DNA of 64,000 nt from an uncultured Solirubrobacteraceae bacterium (lineage in GTDB: Bacteria; Actinomycetota; Thermoleophilia; Solirubrobacterales; Solirubrobacteraceae). The stretch covers positions 2,426,756 to 2,490,755 of the forward strand of contig CAWEXJ010000002.1 of NCBI GenBank assembly GCA_963813035.1. Reading direction: 5' to 3'. The position numbers and the translations under genes were made by a program. Shown here one piece after another: positions 18,804 to 27,169 of the stretch; the stretch's first letter is position 1, and each line of letters begins with the position of its first letter. Below the pieces are notes generated by a model that was not told where the DNA came from, did no database searches, and worked only from the letters and a program-made list of their open reading frames with translations.

Positions 18804-19243
18804 CGACCCGCCGATCTGTGCCGGCCCAGGCGGCCCGCGAGCGCCACGGCGGCTATGCCTGCGGCGAGACTCGCGCCCCCGTAACCCGCGGCGAGTCCCC
18901 AGCGCGAGGATTCGAGCATCCCGAGCAGCTCGACCATCAGCGTCGAAAAGGTGCTCAGGGCACCGCAGAGCCCGGCGCCGATGAACGCGCGGGCGTGCAG
19001 GGATGGCGGCGAGGGACTCGTCCTGGTGCGGGCCACCAGGTAGCCGAGCAGCGCCGCAGCCGCCACGTTGACCGCGAAGGTCGGCCACGGCCATTCCCCG
19101 GCGCGGACCGGGAAGGTGTGCTCGAGGCCCGTGCGCACAAGCGCACCAAGGAAGCCTCCGAGGAAGATCGCCGCCAGCTCACGGGCTCCGGGGCGCGAGC
19201 GGAGGGGAGGCAGATCTGTCGGGATGCTCAGCGGGCGTTCCAC
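18800..19243 (-). CDS. crcB: fluoride ion channel CrcB/Fluc (first copy)
   Basis: FLGGFLGALVRTGL, TFAVNVAAA and ALSTFSTL motifs. GTG start. Confidence 0.85.
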   Translation of the reverse strand: MERPLSIPTDLPPLRSRPGARELAAIFLGGFLGALVRTGLEHTFPVRAGEWPWPTFAVNVAAAALLGYLVARTRTSPSPPSLHARAFIGAGLCGALSTFSTLMVELLGMLESSRWGLAAGYGGASLAAGIAAVALAGRLGRHRSAGR

Positions 19244-19269
19244 GGCTGTCTCAGAAGCGTTCGCGTGCG

Positions 19270-19330
19270 GGTGAGGCAGAAGCCATCAGCGCCACCAGCC
19301 GCGGTTATGGAGCGGGCCTCATCGCCGCGC
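19270..19330 (-). promoter_or_regulatory. fluoride riboswitch (crcB RNA motif)
   Basis: The minus strand reads GGCGAUGAGGCCCGCUCCAUAACCGCGGCUGGUGGCGCUGAUGGCUUCUGCC. From memory this nearly matches the crystallized T. petrophila aptamer (GGCGAUGAGGCCCGCCCAAACUGCC...GGGCUGAUGGCCUCUAC). It lies directly upstream of crcB. A TATTCT -10-like hexamer sits at 19336-19341. Confidence 0.85.
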
Positions 19331-19392
19331 CGGTGAGAATAGCGCGCGCCGCCATGCCGGGTTTTCAGAGGAGGACGTGATACACCCCCGCG

Positions 19393-20448
19393 ATGGGAGC
19401 GAGCGAGCCCCCCGCCACCACCCCGCGCGCGCACCTGCGCCGGCGTGCCGGCGCGGTTGCGCTGGCCGTGCTGGTCGCCGGGCTCGTCGCCTTCGCAATC
19501 TCGCGCCTGGACTTCTCCGGCATCGGCCACGCCCTGATCACGGCCAGCCCCGGTTGGCTGGCGCTGGCCCTGGTGCTGATGGGCATCTCGCTGGTGATGC
19601 GCTCGATCTCCTGGCAGCAGACGCTGCGCGCGGCGCTGCCGGACTCGCCGATGCCCTGGTACCCGGTTCTTCGCGCCACGATGATCGGCGTAATGGCCTC
19701 GGCGCTGGTGCCGGGCCGTGTCGGGGAGCCCACGCGGGTCATCGTCCTCACACGCCACCTCGTCGGCTCGCGCCGGCATCTGCTGGCCGTCGTCGCGGGG
19801 ACGGTCTTCTCCCAGACGCTGATAAACCTGCTCGCACTGGCCGCGCTGGCCGCCGTGACATTCACCTCGGTGCCACTCGAACACGGCCACCTGACGGCGG
19901 TCATCATCGCGCTGGCGATCCCGCTGGCGATCGCCGCGCTGCTCGTCAGCGGGCCGCGACTGCTCGCGCTGGCCCGGCATTCGCGGTTTCCGCGCCTCGG
20001 CGCCGCCGCCGAGGGCCTGGCCCATGTGCTGGCTCTCGCCCGGCGCGGGCTGATCGTGTTTGCTCGCCCCCGCAACGGCGCTCCGGCGATCGGCTTCCAG
20101 CTTCTGGCCTGGGCCCTGCAGTGGCTGTCCTGCTATTCGGTCCTGCTGGCCCTCGGGTTGGCGGGCGACGCCGGCCTGGCCGGAGCCGCGGCGATCCTGC
20201 TGGTGGTCAACGTCAGCGCCGTCCTGCCCGCAACGCCCTCCAACATCGGCGTCTTCCAGGCAGCCTGTCTGGTCGTCTTGGCGGCCTACGGCGTGGGCGC
20301 GGGTCAGGGGGTCGCCTACGGGATCATCCTGCAGGCGATCGAGGTGCTCACGGCGATCGCCCTGGGCCTCCCGGCGCTGCTGCGCGAGGGCCTCAGCTGG
20401 AGCGATCTGCGCGAGGAGGTCGGGCGCTCAGCCGACGAGAGCGCGTAG
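19393..20448 (+). CDS. UPF0104 / LPG-synthase-TM family membrane protein (HpnL-like)
   Basis: Basic N-terminus followed by ~8 TM segments (ISRLDFSGIGHAL...SISWQQTLRAAL), typical of flippase-like UPF0104 proteins. Convergent with hpnH. Confidence 0.6.
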   Translation: MGASEPPATTPRAHLRRRAGAVALAVLVAGLVAFAISRLDFSGIGHALITASPGWLALALVLMGISLVMRSISWQQTLRAALPDSPMPWYPVLRATMIGVMASALVPGRVGEPTRVIVLTRHLVGSRRHLLAVVAGTVFSQTLINLLALAALAAVTFTSVPLEHGHLTAVIIALAIPLAIAALLVSGPRLLALARHSRFPRLGAAAEGLAHVLALARRGLIVFARPRNGAPAIGFQLLAWALQWLSCYSVLLALGLAGDAGLAGAAAILLVVNVSAVLPATPSNIGVFQAACLVVLAAYGVGAGQGVAYGIILQAIEVLTAIALGLPALLREGLSWSDLREEVGRSADESA

Positions 20449-21429
20449 CGACTGGCGCAGCGAGTGCGTGGTCTGCAGCACCGCTGTGGGCTCATATCCG
20501 CAGTGGGCCATGCAGTTGTCGCAGCGAGGGTCCTTACCGCGGCCGTAGGCGGACCAGTCGGTCGTCTCGATCAGCTCTTTGTAGGTCTTGGTGTAGCCAT
20601 CGGCCATCAGGTAGCAGGGCCGCTGCCAGCCGAACAGCGAGTAGCTCGGGATGCCCCAGGCGGTGCAGTCGAATTCTGCCTTGCCCTCGAGAAAGTCGAG
20701 GAACAGCGGGCTGTGGTTCAGACGCCACTTGCGCCGGTGTCCGTCGGCGAAGGCCTCCCTGAACAGCTGGCGCGTCTGCTGGACGCCCAGGAAGTGCTCC
20801 TGGTCGGGGGCTTTCTCGTAGGCGTATGCCGGCGAGATCATCATCTCGTCCACTTCGAGGTCGTCGTTCAGGAAATCGAGCACCTCACGGACCGTTTTCG
20901 GGGAGTCGTGCGTGAAGAAAGTCGTGTTGGTGGTCACTTTGAACCCGGCCGCCTTGGCCGCCTTGATCGCCGAGACCGCCTTATCGAAGACGCCCTCGCG
21001 CTCGACCGAGGCGTCATGGCGCTCGCGTAGCCCGTCCATGTGCACCGCCCAGGAGAAGTAGGGGCTCGGCTTGAAGTCGGGCAGCTTCTTCTCGAGCAGC
21101 AGAGCGTTCGTGCACAGGTACACGAACCGCTTGCGTTTCACCAGCTCGTCGGCGATGACGTGGATCTCAGGATGGATCAGGGGCTCCCCGCCCGCGATCG
21201 AGACCATCGGGGCGCCGCACTCCTCGACCGCCGCGATCGCCTGCTCGACGGGCATCCGGCGGCGAAGCTCGTGCTCCGGGTGCTGGATCTTGCCGCAGCC
21301 CGAGCAGGCCAGATTGCACTGGAACAGAGGCTCGAGCTCGACGATCAGCGGGAACTTTTCGCGTTTTGCCAGGCGCTGGCGCATGAGATACCAGCCCATG
21401 CGCGTGCTCTGTTTGAAGCGGGCGGCCAT
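20428..21429 (-). CDS. hpnH: adenosyl-hopene transferase (radical SAM)
   Basis: CNLACSGCGK radical-SAM cluster motif in the characteristic HpnH N-terminal context (KFPLIVELEPLFQCNL). 333 aa. Confidence 0.9.
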   Translation of the reverse strand: MAARFKQSTRMGWYLMRQRLAKREKFPLIVELEPLFQCNLACSGCGKIQHPEHELRRRMPVEQAIAAVEECGAPMVSIAGGEPLIHPEIHVIADELVKRKRFVYLCTNALLLEKKLPDFKPSPYFSWAVHMDGLRERHDASVEREGVFDKAVSAIKAAKAAGFKVTTNTTFFTHDSPKTVREVLDFLNDDLEVDEMMISPAYAYEKAPDQEHFLGVQQTRQLFREAFADGHRRKWRLNHSPLFLDFLEGKAEFDCTAWGIPSYSLFGWQRPCYLMADGYTKTYKELIETTDWSAYGRGKDPRCDNCMAHCGYEPTAVLQTTHSLRQSLRALVG

Positions 21430-21441
21430 CGGCGCCCTACA

Positions 21442-22032
21442 TTAGTCCGCCGGAGCCCACTCATGAAGGGCGCCCGCGACCTTGCGCAACGAGGAAGCTG
21501 CCCGCAGGGCCCCTCCGAGGGCCTGGACGCGCATCAGCTCATGCGCGGGGCTGTCGAGAACGACCCGGACGACGCCGAACGGCCGGCCCTGGGCGCCGGC
21601 GGCGAGCCAGACGGACTCCATGTCCACCGCGATCGCGCCCCCGGCGTGCAGTTCGGCGCGCCGCTCGCCCAGCGCGAGCTTCGAGACGCACACGAGCCGG
21701 CCGGTCCGGACCTTCATCCCCAGGCCCGTCAGGCGGCCCAGCAGGGCGCCTGCCAGGTCGCACACGATCGGCTGCTCGGGATGGTTCTCGTCGGGAGCCG
21801 CGTAGACCTCCTCGGCGACGATGACTTCGCCCGGCACCGAGCTCTCGTCCAGGCCACCGCAGAAGCCCAGGACAAGCATGGCGCGGGCGGCCTGGACGCC
21901 GAGTCCGTCCGCCGCCAGGCGTGCCTTGGCCGGGCCCATGCCGGTCTTTCGTACGAGCGCGCTGCGCGCCGCCGAAGCGATCAGGGCCTGCTCGACGCGC
22001 AGCGGCGCCGCGACCAGCAGCTCATCGCTCAC
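21442..22032 (-). CDS. hpnG: hopanoid-associated phosphorylase/nucleosidase
   Basis: PNP/MTAN-like fold motifs (LVLGFCGGL, IAVDMES). GTG start at 22032 overlaps the hpnE stop (GTGA). The ORF-track extension to 22902 is rejected. Confidence 0.8.
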   Translation of the reverse strand: MSDELLVAAPLRVEQALIASAARSALVRKTGMGPAKARLAADGLGVQAARAMLVLGFCGGLDESSVPGEVIVAEEVYAAPDENHPEQPIVCDLAGALLGRLTGLGMKVRTGRLVCVSKLALGERRAELHAGGAIAVDMESVWLAAGAQGRPFGVVRVVLDSPAHELMRVQALGGALRAASSLRKVAGALHEWAPAD

Positions 22033-23396
22033 GGGCGTGCCTCGGCCGGCATCGCGCCGCGGCTCGCCGGGATCTCCGCCAGCGCCAGCTGCGCGGCCCG
22101 GTGGCCGCTCATGACGGCGCTCTCGAGCGTCGCCGGCCAGCCCGTGTCCGTCCAGTTGCCTGCCAGGGACAGGCCCGCCAGCTTCGTGCGGGCCGCCGGA
22201 CGCAACGCGGCGCTGCCCGGCGCGGCCCTGAACGTGGCGGCGTGCTCGCGCGTCACCAGAAAGCGCTCCACCTTTGCGCCCCGGGCCGCCGGCAGCAGCT
22301 CCGCCAGTGCGGGCAGGAAACGCTCGCGCAGCTGATCGACGCTCATCTCCATCTCGCTGGATGCACCCGAGAGCGACACGGCCAGATATTGACATCCCGC
22401 CGGCGCCCGACCTGCCCGGGTGCGATCGAACAGGTATTGCACGGGCGTCCCCACGCCCGCCGCAAAGGGCTCGTCCAGGACTTTCCGGTCGTAGACGACA
22501 TGGAGGTTGACGATCGGCGAGCTCTCGAGCGCGGCCCGACGGCCCGCGTGCTCGCCCAGGACCGGCTCCAGCAGCGCCCCGGCGCGGTTGTGGGGCAGCG
22601 CCACGATCACCCGCGAGGCGCTCAGTGCCTCCTCGCCTTCCGCGCCGCGGCCGTGCACCTCCAAGCCGGCGCCTCCCCGCTCCAGGCGCTCGGCGCGCCA
22701 GCCCAGACGTATCTTCACGCCAGCACGTTGGAGTGCCGCTTGGGCGGGATCTCCGATGATCTGCTGAAGCGTGCCGAGGTGAAAACCGATGTCGCCGGCC
22801 GCCGCGCTGGAGAGCAGGCCGGTTCGAAAGACGAAAGCAGCCAGTGCCAGCGAGGCCTCGCCCGCGCGCAGATTGAGCGTCGGCAGCGCAATCAGATCCC
22901 ACAGCGCATCGACCGCCCGGTCATCCTGCCCGTGACGGGCAAGCCATGCGCCGAACGTGACCCCGTCGAGCGCCGGGTCATCGATGTCCAGGCGCATCAG
23001 GCCCAGGGCCGCCCGGGCGGCGCCCAAGCGCCCGGCGGGGCTCAGGAAGGAGTAGCGGGCCAGGGCGCCCGCGAGATGAAGCGGGGCGGGCAGAGGGCCC
23101 CGTGACAGGCGCGCCGGAGCCCTCCCGGGGCTGAGCACGGGGATTGAGAGCCGCGGCTGGACGGCGACGAGGTGCGAGCTGCCGAGCCGCTCGAGCAGCC
23201 CGAGATAGGCCGTACAGCAGCGCAGGAAGACGTGTTGGCCATTGTCCATCTGCAGACCGTCGCGCTCGAAGGAGTAGGCCGCCCCGCCGAGGCGGCGGCG
23301 GACCTCGAGCAGCGTCACTCCGGCGCCCGCCTCGGCACAGTCGAGCGCCGCCGTGATCCCCGACAGCCCGCCTCCGACGACGATCACCTCGCTCAT
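22029..23396 (-). CDS. hpnE: hydroxysqualene dehydroxylase (FAD-dependent)
   Basis: VIVVGGGLSGITAAL dinucleotide fold and DNGQHVFLRCCTAY. Position after hpnC and hpnD. Confidence 0.88.
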   Translation of the reverse strand: MSEVIVVGGGLSGITAALDCAEAGAGVTLLEVRRRLGGAAYSFERDGLQMDNGQHVFLRCCTAYLGLLERLGSSHLVAVQPRLSIPVLSPGRAPARLSRGPLPAPLHLAGALARYSFLSPAGRLGAARAALGLMRLDIDDPALDGVTFGAWLARHGQDDRAVDALWDLIALPTLNLRAGEASLALAAFVFRTGLLSSAAAGDIGFHLGTLQQIIGDPAQAALQRAGVKIRLGWRAERLERGGAGLEVHGRGAEGEEALSASRVIVALPHNRAGALLEPVLGEHAGRRAALESSPIVNLHVVYDRKVLDEPFAAGVGTPVQYLFDRTRAGRAPAGCQYLAVSLSGASSEMEMSVDQLRERFLPALAELLPAARGAKVERFLVTREHAATFRAAPGSAALRPAARTKLAGLSLAGNWTDTGWPATLESAVMSGHRAAQLALAEIPASRGAMPAEARP

Positions 23397-24322
23397 GAGC
23401 CGGCTCCGAGCAGCCCACGCACGGCCACGAGGGCCTTCTCGCGAGCGGGCACCGACATCCGCCCGGCCAGCACCCCGGCCGGCTGGGCGTCGATCCGCTC
23501 AAGCAGGCGCCGGTAGATGCCCGCCATCGCGAGCACGCAGGCGCCGCTGCGCCGGTCGAGCAGCCCCACCAGCTCCATCCCCCGGGCGAACCATTCCCGT
23601 GCCCGCTCGGCCTCCATGTGCACCAGCTGCGCGAACGCCTCGGCGCCCTCCTGCCCGGGCCCCGCGGCGTGCCCGAGGGCCTCCAGGAGGGCCGGTGCGG
23701 CCAGGGCCTGCTCGCCCGCGGGCAGGCCGAAACGCCGCAGATCCTCGCCCGGCAGGTAGATCCGGCCATTCTGGGCGTCCTCGCGCACGTCGCGCAGGAT
23801 GTTGGTCAGCTGCAGGGCCACCCCCAGGTCATCCGCCAGCGCACCGGCCGCCTGCATGTCGGGCTCCGCCCCCTCGCGCAGGCCGAAGATCGCCAGGCAG
23901 GCCCGCCCGATCGCGCCGGCCACGCGCCGGCAGTAGAGGACCAGCTCCTCGAAGGACTCATAGCTGACGCCGGCCACATCCATCCGCACGCCCTCGATCA
24001 GGGCCTGCAGCGCATCGAGGGGCACCCCGAAGCGCGACACCGCGTCTGAGAGCGCGAGTGCCACGGGCTCCTCCGGGTGCTCGCCGCGGACCAGCGCCGC
24101 CAGCATGGCGGCCTCGGCGTCCAGCCGCGCCAGCTTCTCGGCGTCGGTGAGCGATCCATCGCCGATGTCATCGACCCGGCGGGCGAAGGCGTAGACGGCG
24201 CACATGGCGCGGCGGCGCTCACCGCTCAGCAGCCTGATGCCGTAGAAGAAGTTGCCCGCCTGCTCGCGGGTGATGGCTTCACAGGCCGCATAGGCCCGCT
24301 CGAGGGCGCCCTCGCCGGTCAC
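23393..24322 (-). CDS. hpnD: presqualene diphosphate synthase
   Basis: Squalene/phytoene synthase fold with FFYGIRLLSGERRRAMCAVYAFARRVDDIGD. 4-nt overlaps on both sides. Confidence 0.85.
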   Translation of the reverse strand: MTGEGALERAYAACEAITREQAGNFFYGIRLLSGERRRAMCAVYAFARRVDDIGDGSLTDAEKLARLDAEAAMLAALVRGEHPEEPVALALSDAVSRFGVPLDALQALIEGVRMDVAGVSYESFEELVLYCRRVAGAIGRACLAIFGLREGAEPDMQAAGALADDLGVALQLTNILRDVREDAQNGRIYLPGEDLRRFGLPAGEQALAAPALLEALGHAAGPGQEGAEAFAQLVHMEAERAREWFARGMELVGLLDRRSGACVLAMAGIYRRLLERIDAQPAGVLAGRMSVPAREKALVAVRGLLGAGS

Positions 24323-25185
24323 TTGACCCGTGTCCCGCTGGAGGCGAGCGTCCGTGCCAGGGCGCCGAGCAGGCGCAGGCGCGGGACCGCCGGCGGGCCA
24401 CCCATGACCTCGTAGTCCGCTCGCTCGATGGCGTCAAGGGCGGCGCGTCCACCGGCCAGGAAACCCGCCACGGCGATGCGTGCCCGCCCGCTCAGCTCGC
24501 CGACCAGCGGCGCACCCTCTGCGAACAGCGACCGCGCCCGCCGGATCTCGAAGGCGAGCGTCTCGCGCAGCGCCGGGTCGGTACAAGGTGCGGCCAGCTG
24601 CTCGAGGCGAGCGCCGAAGCGCTCGAGATCCTCGAGCGGCAGGTAGACGCGCCCGGCGCGGTAGTCCTCGGCCACGTCCTGGCAGTGCTCGGTCAGCTGC
24701 AGCGCCGTGCAGATCCGGTCCGAGAGCTCAATCCGGGCGGGCGTCGAGACGCCCAGCACCGCCAGCACCAACTCGCCCACGGGGTCGGCCGAAAGCCCGC
24801 AGTAGGCGCGCAGCTCGGCCCAGGTGGCATAGCTCGTCTTGCGCTGGTCGAGCCGGTTGGCCTCGATCAGACGTACGAACGGCTCCCGCGCCAGCCCGCA
24901 TTCGCGCACCGTCGGCTCGAGCGCGCGCAGCAGCGGGTGCACCGAGCGGCCCGCGAGCGCCGCGTCCAATTCGCCTTCCAGCCAGTCGAGCGCCGCCAGG
25001 CGGTCACCCTGGGCGCTGTCGCCGAGCTCGTCCACCAGCCGGGCGAACCCGTAGATCGCCAGCAGATGGGCGCGAGCCGAGCGCGGCAAAAGACGGCTCG
25101 CGACCGGGAAGTTCTCGCTGCCGGCTCTGGCCATGACGGCCGCGGGAGCTGGAGCGAGGAAGGGGGGGTCGGCCAGGAGCGTCAC
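24319..25185 (-). CDS. hpnC: hydroxysqualene synthase
   Basis: Squalene synthase-like with the N-terminal ENFPVASRLLP signature and YGFARLVDELGD. Confidence 0.85.
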   Translation of the reverse strand: MTLLADPPFLAPAPAAVMARAGSENFPVASRLLPRSARAHLLAIYGFARLVDELGDSAQGDRLAALDWLEGELDAALAGRSVHPLLRALEPTVRECGLAREPFVRLIEANRLDQRKTSYATWAELRAYCGLSADPVGELVLAVLGVSTPARIELSDRICTALQLTEHCQDVAEDYRAGRVYLPLEDLERFGARLEQLAAPCTDPALRETLAFEIRRARSLFAEGAPLVGELSGRARIAVAGFLAGGRAALDAIERADYEVMGGPPAVPRLRLLGALARTLASSGTRVK

Positions 25186-27155
25186 CCCCGGCTCTCGTCC
25201 GCAGCCTCGGCGCCGTCCTGCAGCTCGAGCTCGGAGATCGCCGGCAGACAGCGCCCGAGCGCCATCACTGGGAAGGTCAGCCTGTAGAGGTGGTAGTTGA
25301 TGTAGTAGTCGCGCGGGAACCCGGTGCCGGTGTACTGCGGCTCGTTCCAGCTCCCGTCCGCTCGCTGCGTCCGGGTCAGCCAGGCCACCCCTCGGGCCAG
25401 CGCCGGCGATCGCTCGCCGGCCGCCTCGAGCGCCAACAGCGCCCAGGCCGTCTGGGAGGCGGTGCTCACGCCCCGGCCGATCCAGCGAGGATCCTCATAG
25501 GAGCGTGGGTCCTCCCCCCAGCCGCCGTCGTCGTTCTGGTGGCGCTCGAGCCATTGGACCGCGCGGCGAATGGCGCTGTGGCCAGGGTCGACTCCGGCTG
25601 CGACCAGGCCCGGCACCGCAGCTCCCGTGCCGTAGACGTGGTTGACACCCCAGCGCCCGAACCAGGAGCCGTCGGCCTCCTGGTTCTCAAGCAGCCAGCG
25701 CACACCGGCCTGGGCCGACTCGGAGTCGCCCAGACCGAGCACACCGAGCATCTCGATGGCATGGGAGGTGACGTCGGCGCTCGGCTCGTCGATCACCTCG
25801 CCGAAGTCCAGGAAGGGCAGCTCGCGCACCAGCGATCGGGTGTTGTCGGCGTCGAAGGCGCCCCAGCCGCCGCCCGTGCTCTGCATCCCTTCGACCCAGG
25901 CCAGCGCACGCGAGCGGGCACCGCGATGGCGGGCGCCGACGGTGCGGTGGCGCACTCGCTCGAGCGCCAGCACGACCTCGGCCGTGTCGTCCACGTCGGG
26001 GTAGTTGACGTTGGCGAACTCGAATGCCCATCCTCCCGGGGCAAGGCCGGGACGCACCCGCGACCAGTCGCCGTCCTGCACGATCTCCTCGCCGAGCAGC
26101 CACTCGGCGCCCCGCACCAGGGCCGGGTGGTCTGGCGCCAGGCCGGCATCGGAGAGCGCCACGATCGCCAGGGCGGTGTCCCAGACCGGGGACTGGCAGG
26201 CCTCCAGACGCCGGCTCGGGCCGGCCGGGGCGCCCACCGCCCGCTCATCGTCGATGTCCTCGACCATGAAGCGCTCGATGCCCTCGAGGCCGCGGCGCAT
26301 CACCGGATGCTCCATCGGGTAGCCACACAGGTGCAGGGCGATCAGCGAGTAGACCCAGGGCGGTTGGATGCCGCCCCAGGAGCCGTCGGACTCCTGGCGG
26401 CGCACGATCCAGCGCTCGGCCCGCGCGCAGGCCAGCCGCCGCAGCGGCGCCACGGGGTGGCGCTCATAGATCCGCAGCATGCGGTCGAGCACTCCCAGCC
26501 AGCCACCCCGGCTCGTGGGACGCCCGCGCTCGGGCCTCGCGGCCGGCGTGCCCGGGGCCGCCCACAGCTCCGCGAGGTCGAACTGCAGCGCCCGCACCGG
26601 CCGGTGCGCTTTGACCAGGGCCAGCGCCACGATCGTCTGCCGCGCCCAGCAGGCGAAGTCGTACACGTTCAGCGGCACCCGCGGACTCAACAGGATTATC
26701 TCCGGAGGCAGCGCCGGCACCCGCTCCCAGGACCACAGCCCGAACAGGGCCAGCCACAGGTGCGTGAAGACGCGAGCGCTCTCGATCCCGCCCTGGACGC
26801 GGATGAACTCGGCGGCGATCCGCATGTGCTCGGCCTGGGGCTCATCCCCGGCGAGACGCAGGGCCCAGTACGCCTCGATCGTCGTCGAGAGGTCCCCAGG
26901 ACCCTCGAAGAAGTTCGCCCACGTGCCGTCGGCCCGCTGCTGCGAGCGGATCCAGGCGGCCGAGCGCGCCGTCTGCTCGGGGCGGCGGATTCCGAGGAAC
27001 TCCCTCAGCAGGATGTCCTCGGCGTCCATCGTGACGTTCGTCTGCAGCTCGCCCCGCCACCAGCCGTTCTCGTCCTGCAGGGACAGCAGGTGATCGCGGC
27101 CCGCTTCGAGCGCCCGCCCGGCCTGACTGAGTGCGTCACTTGTCACCTGCAGCAT
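25182..27155 (-). CDS. shc: squalene-hopene cyclase
   Basis: DVDDTA catalytic motif and multiple QW repeats (DGSW, DGGWG). 657 aa. Confidence 0.95.
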   Translation of the reverse strand: MLQVTSDALSQAGRALEAGRDHLLSLQDENGWWRGELQTNVTMDAEDILLREFLGIRRPEQTARSAAWIRSQQRADGTWANFFEGPGDLSTTIEAYWALRLAGDEPQAEHMRIAAEFIRVQGGIESARVFTHLWLALFGLWSWERVPALPPEIILLSPRVPLNVYDFACWARQTIVALALVKAHRPVRALQFDLAELWAAPGTPAARPERGRPTSRGGWLGVLDRMLRIYERHPVAPLRRLACARAERWIVRRQESDGSWGGIQPPWVYSLIALHLCGYPMEHPVMRRGLEGIERFMVEDIDDERAVGAPAGPSRRLEACQSPVWDTALAIVALSDAGLAPDHPALVRGAEWLLGEEIVQDGDWSRVRPGLAPGGWAFEFANVNYPDVDDTAEVVLALERVRHRTVGARHRGARSRALAWVEGMQSTGGGWGAFDADNTRSLVRELPFLDFGEVIDEPSADVTSHAIEMLGVLGLGDSESAQAGVRWLLENQEADGSWFGRWGVNHVYGTGAAVPGLVAAGVDPGHSAIRRAVQWLERHQNDDGGWGEDPRSYEDPRWIGRGVSTASQTAWALLALEAAGERSPALARGVAWLTRTQRADGSWNEPQYTGTGFPRDYYINYHLYRLTFPVMALGRCLPAISELELQDGAEAADESRG

Positions 27156-27169
27156 GGTGAAAAGCTAAC

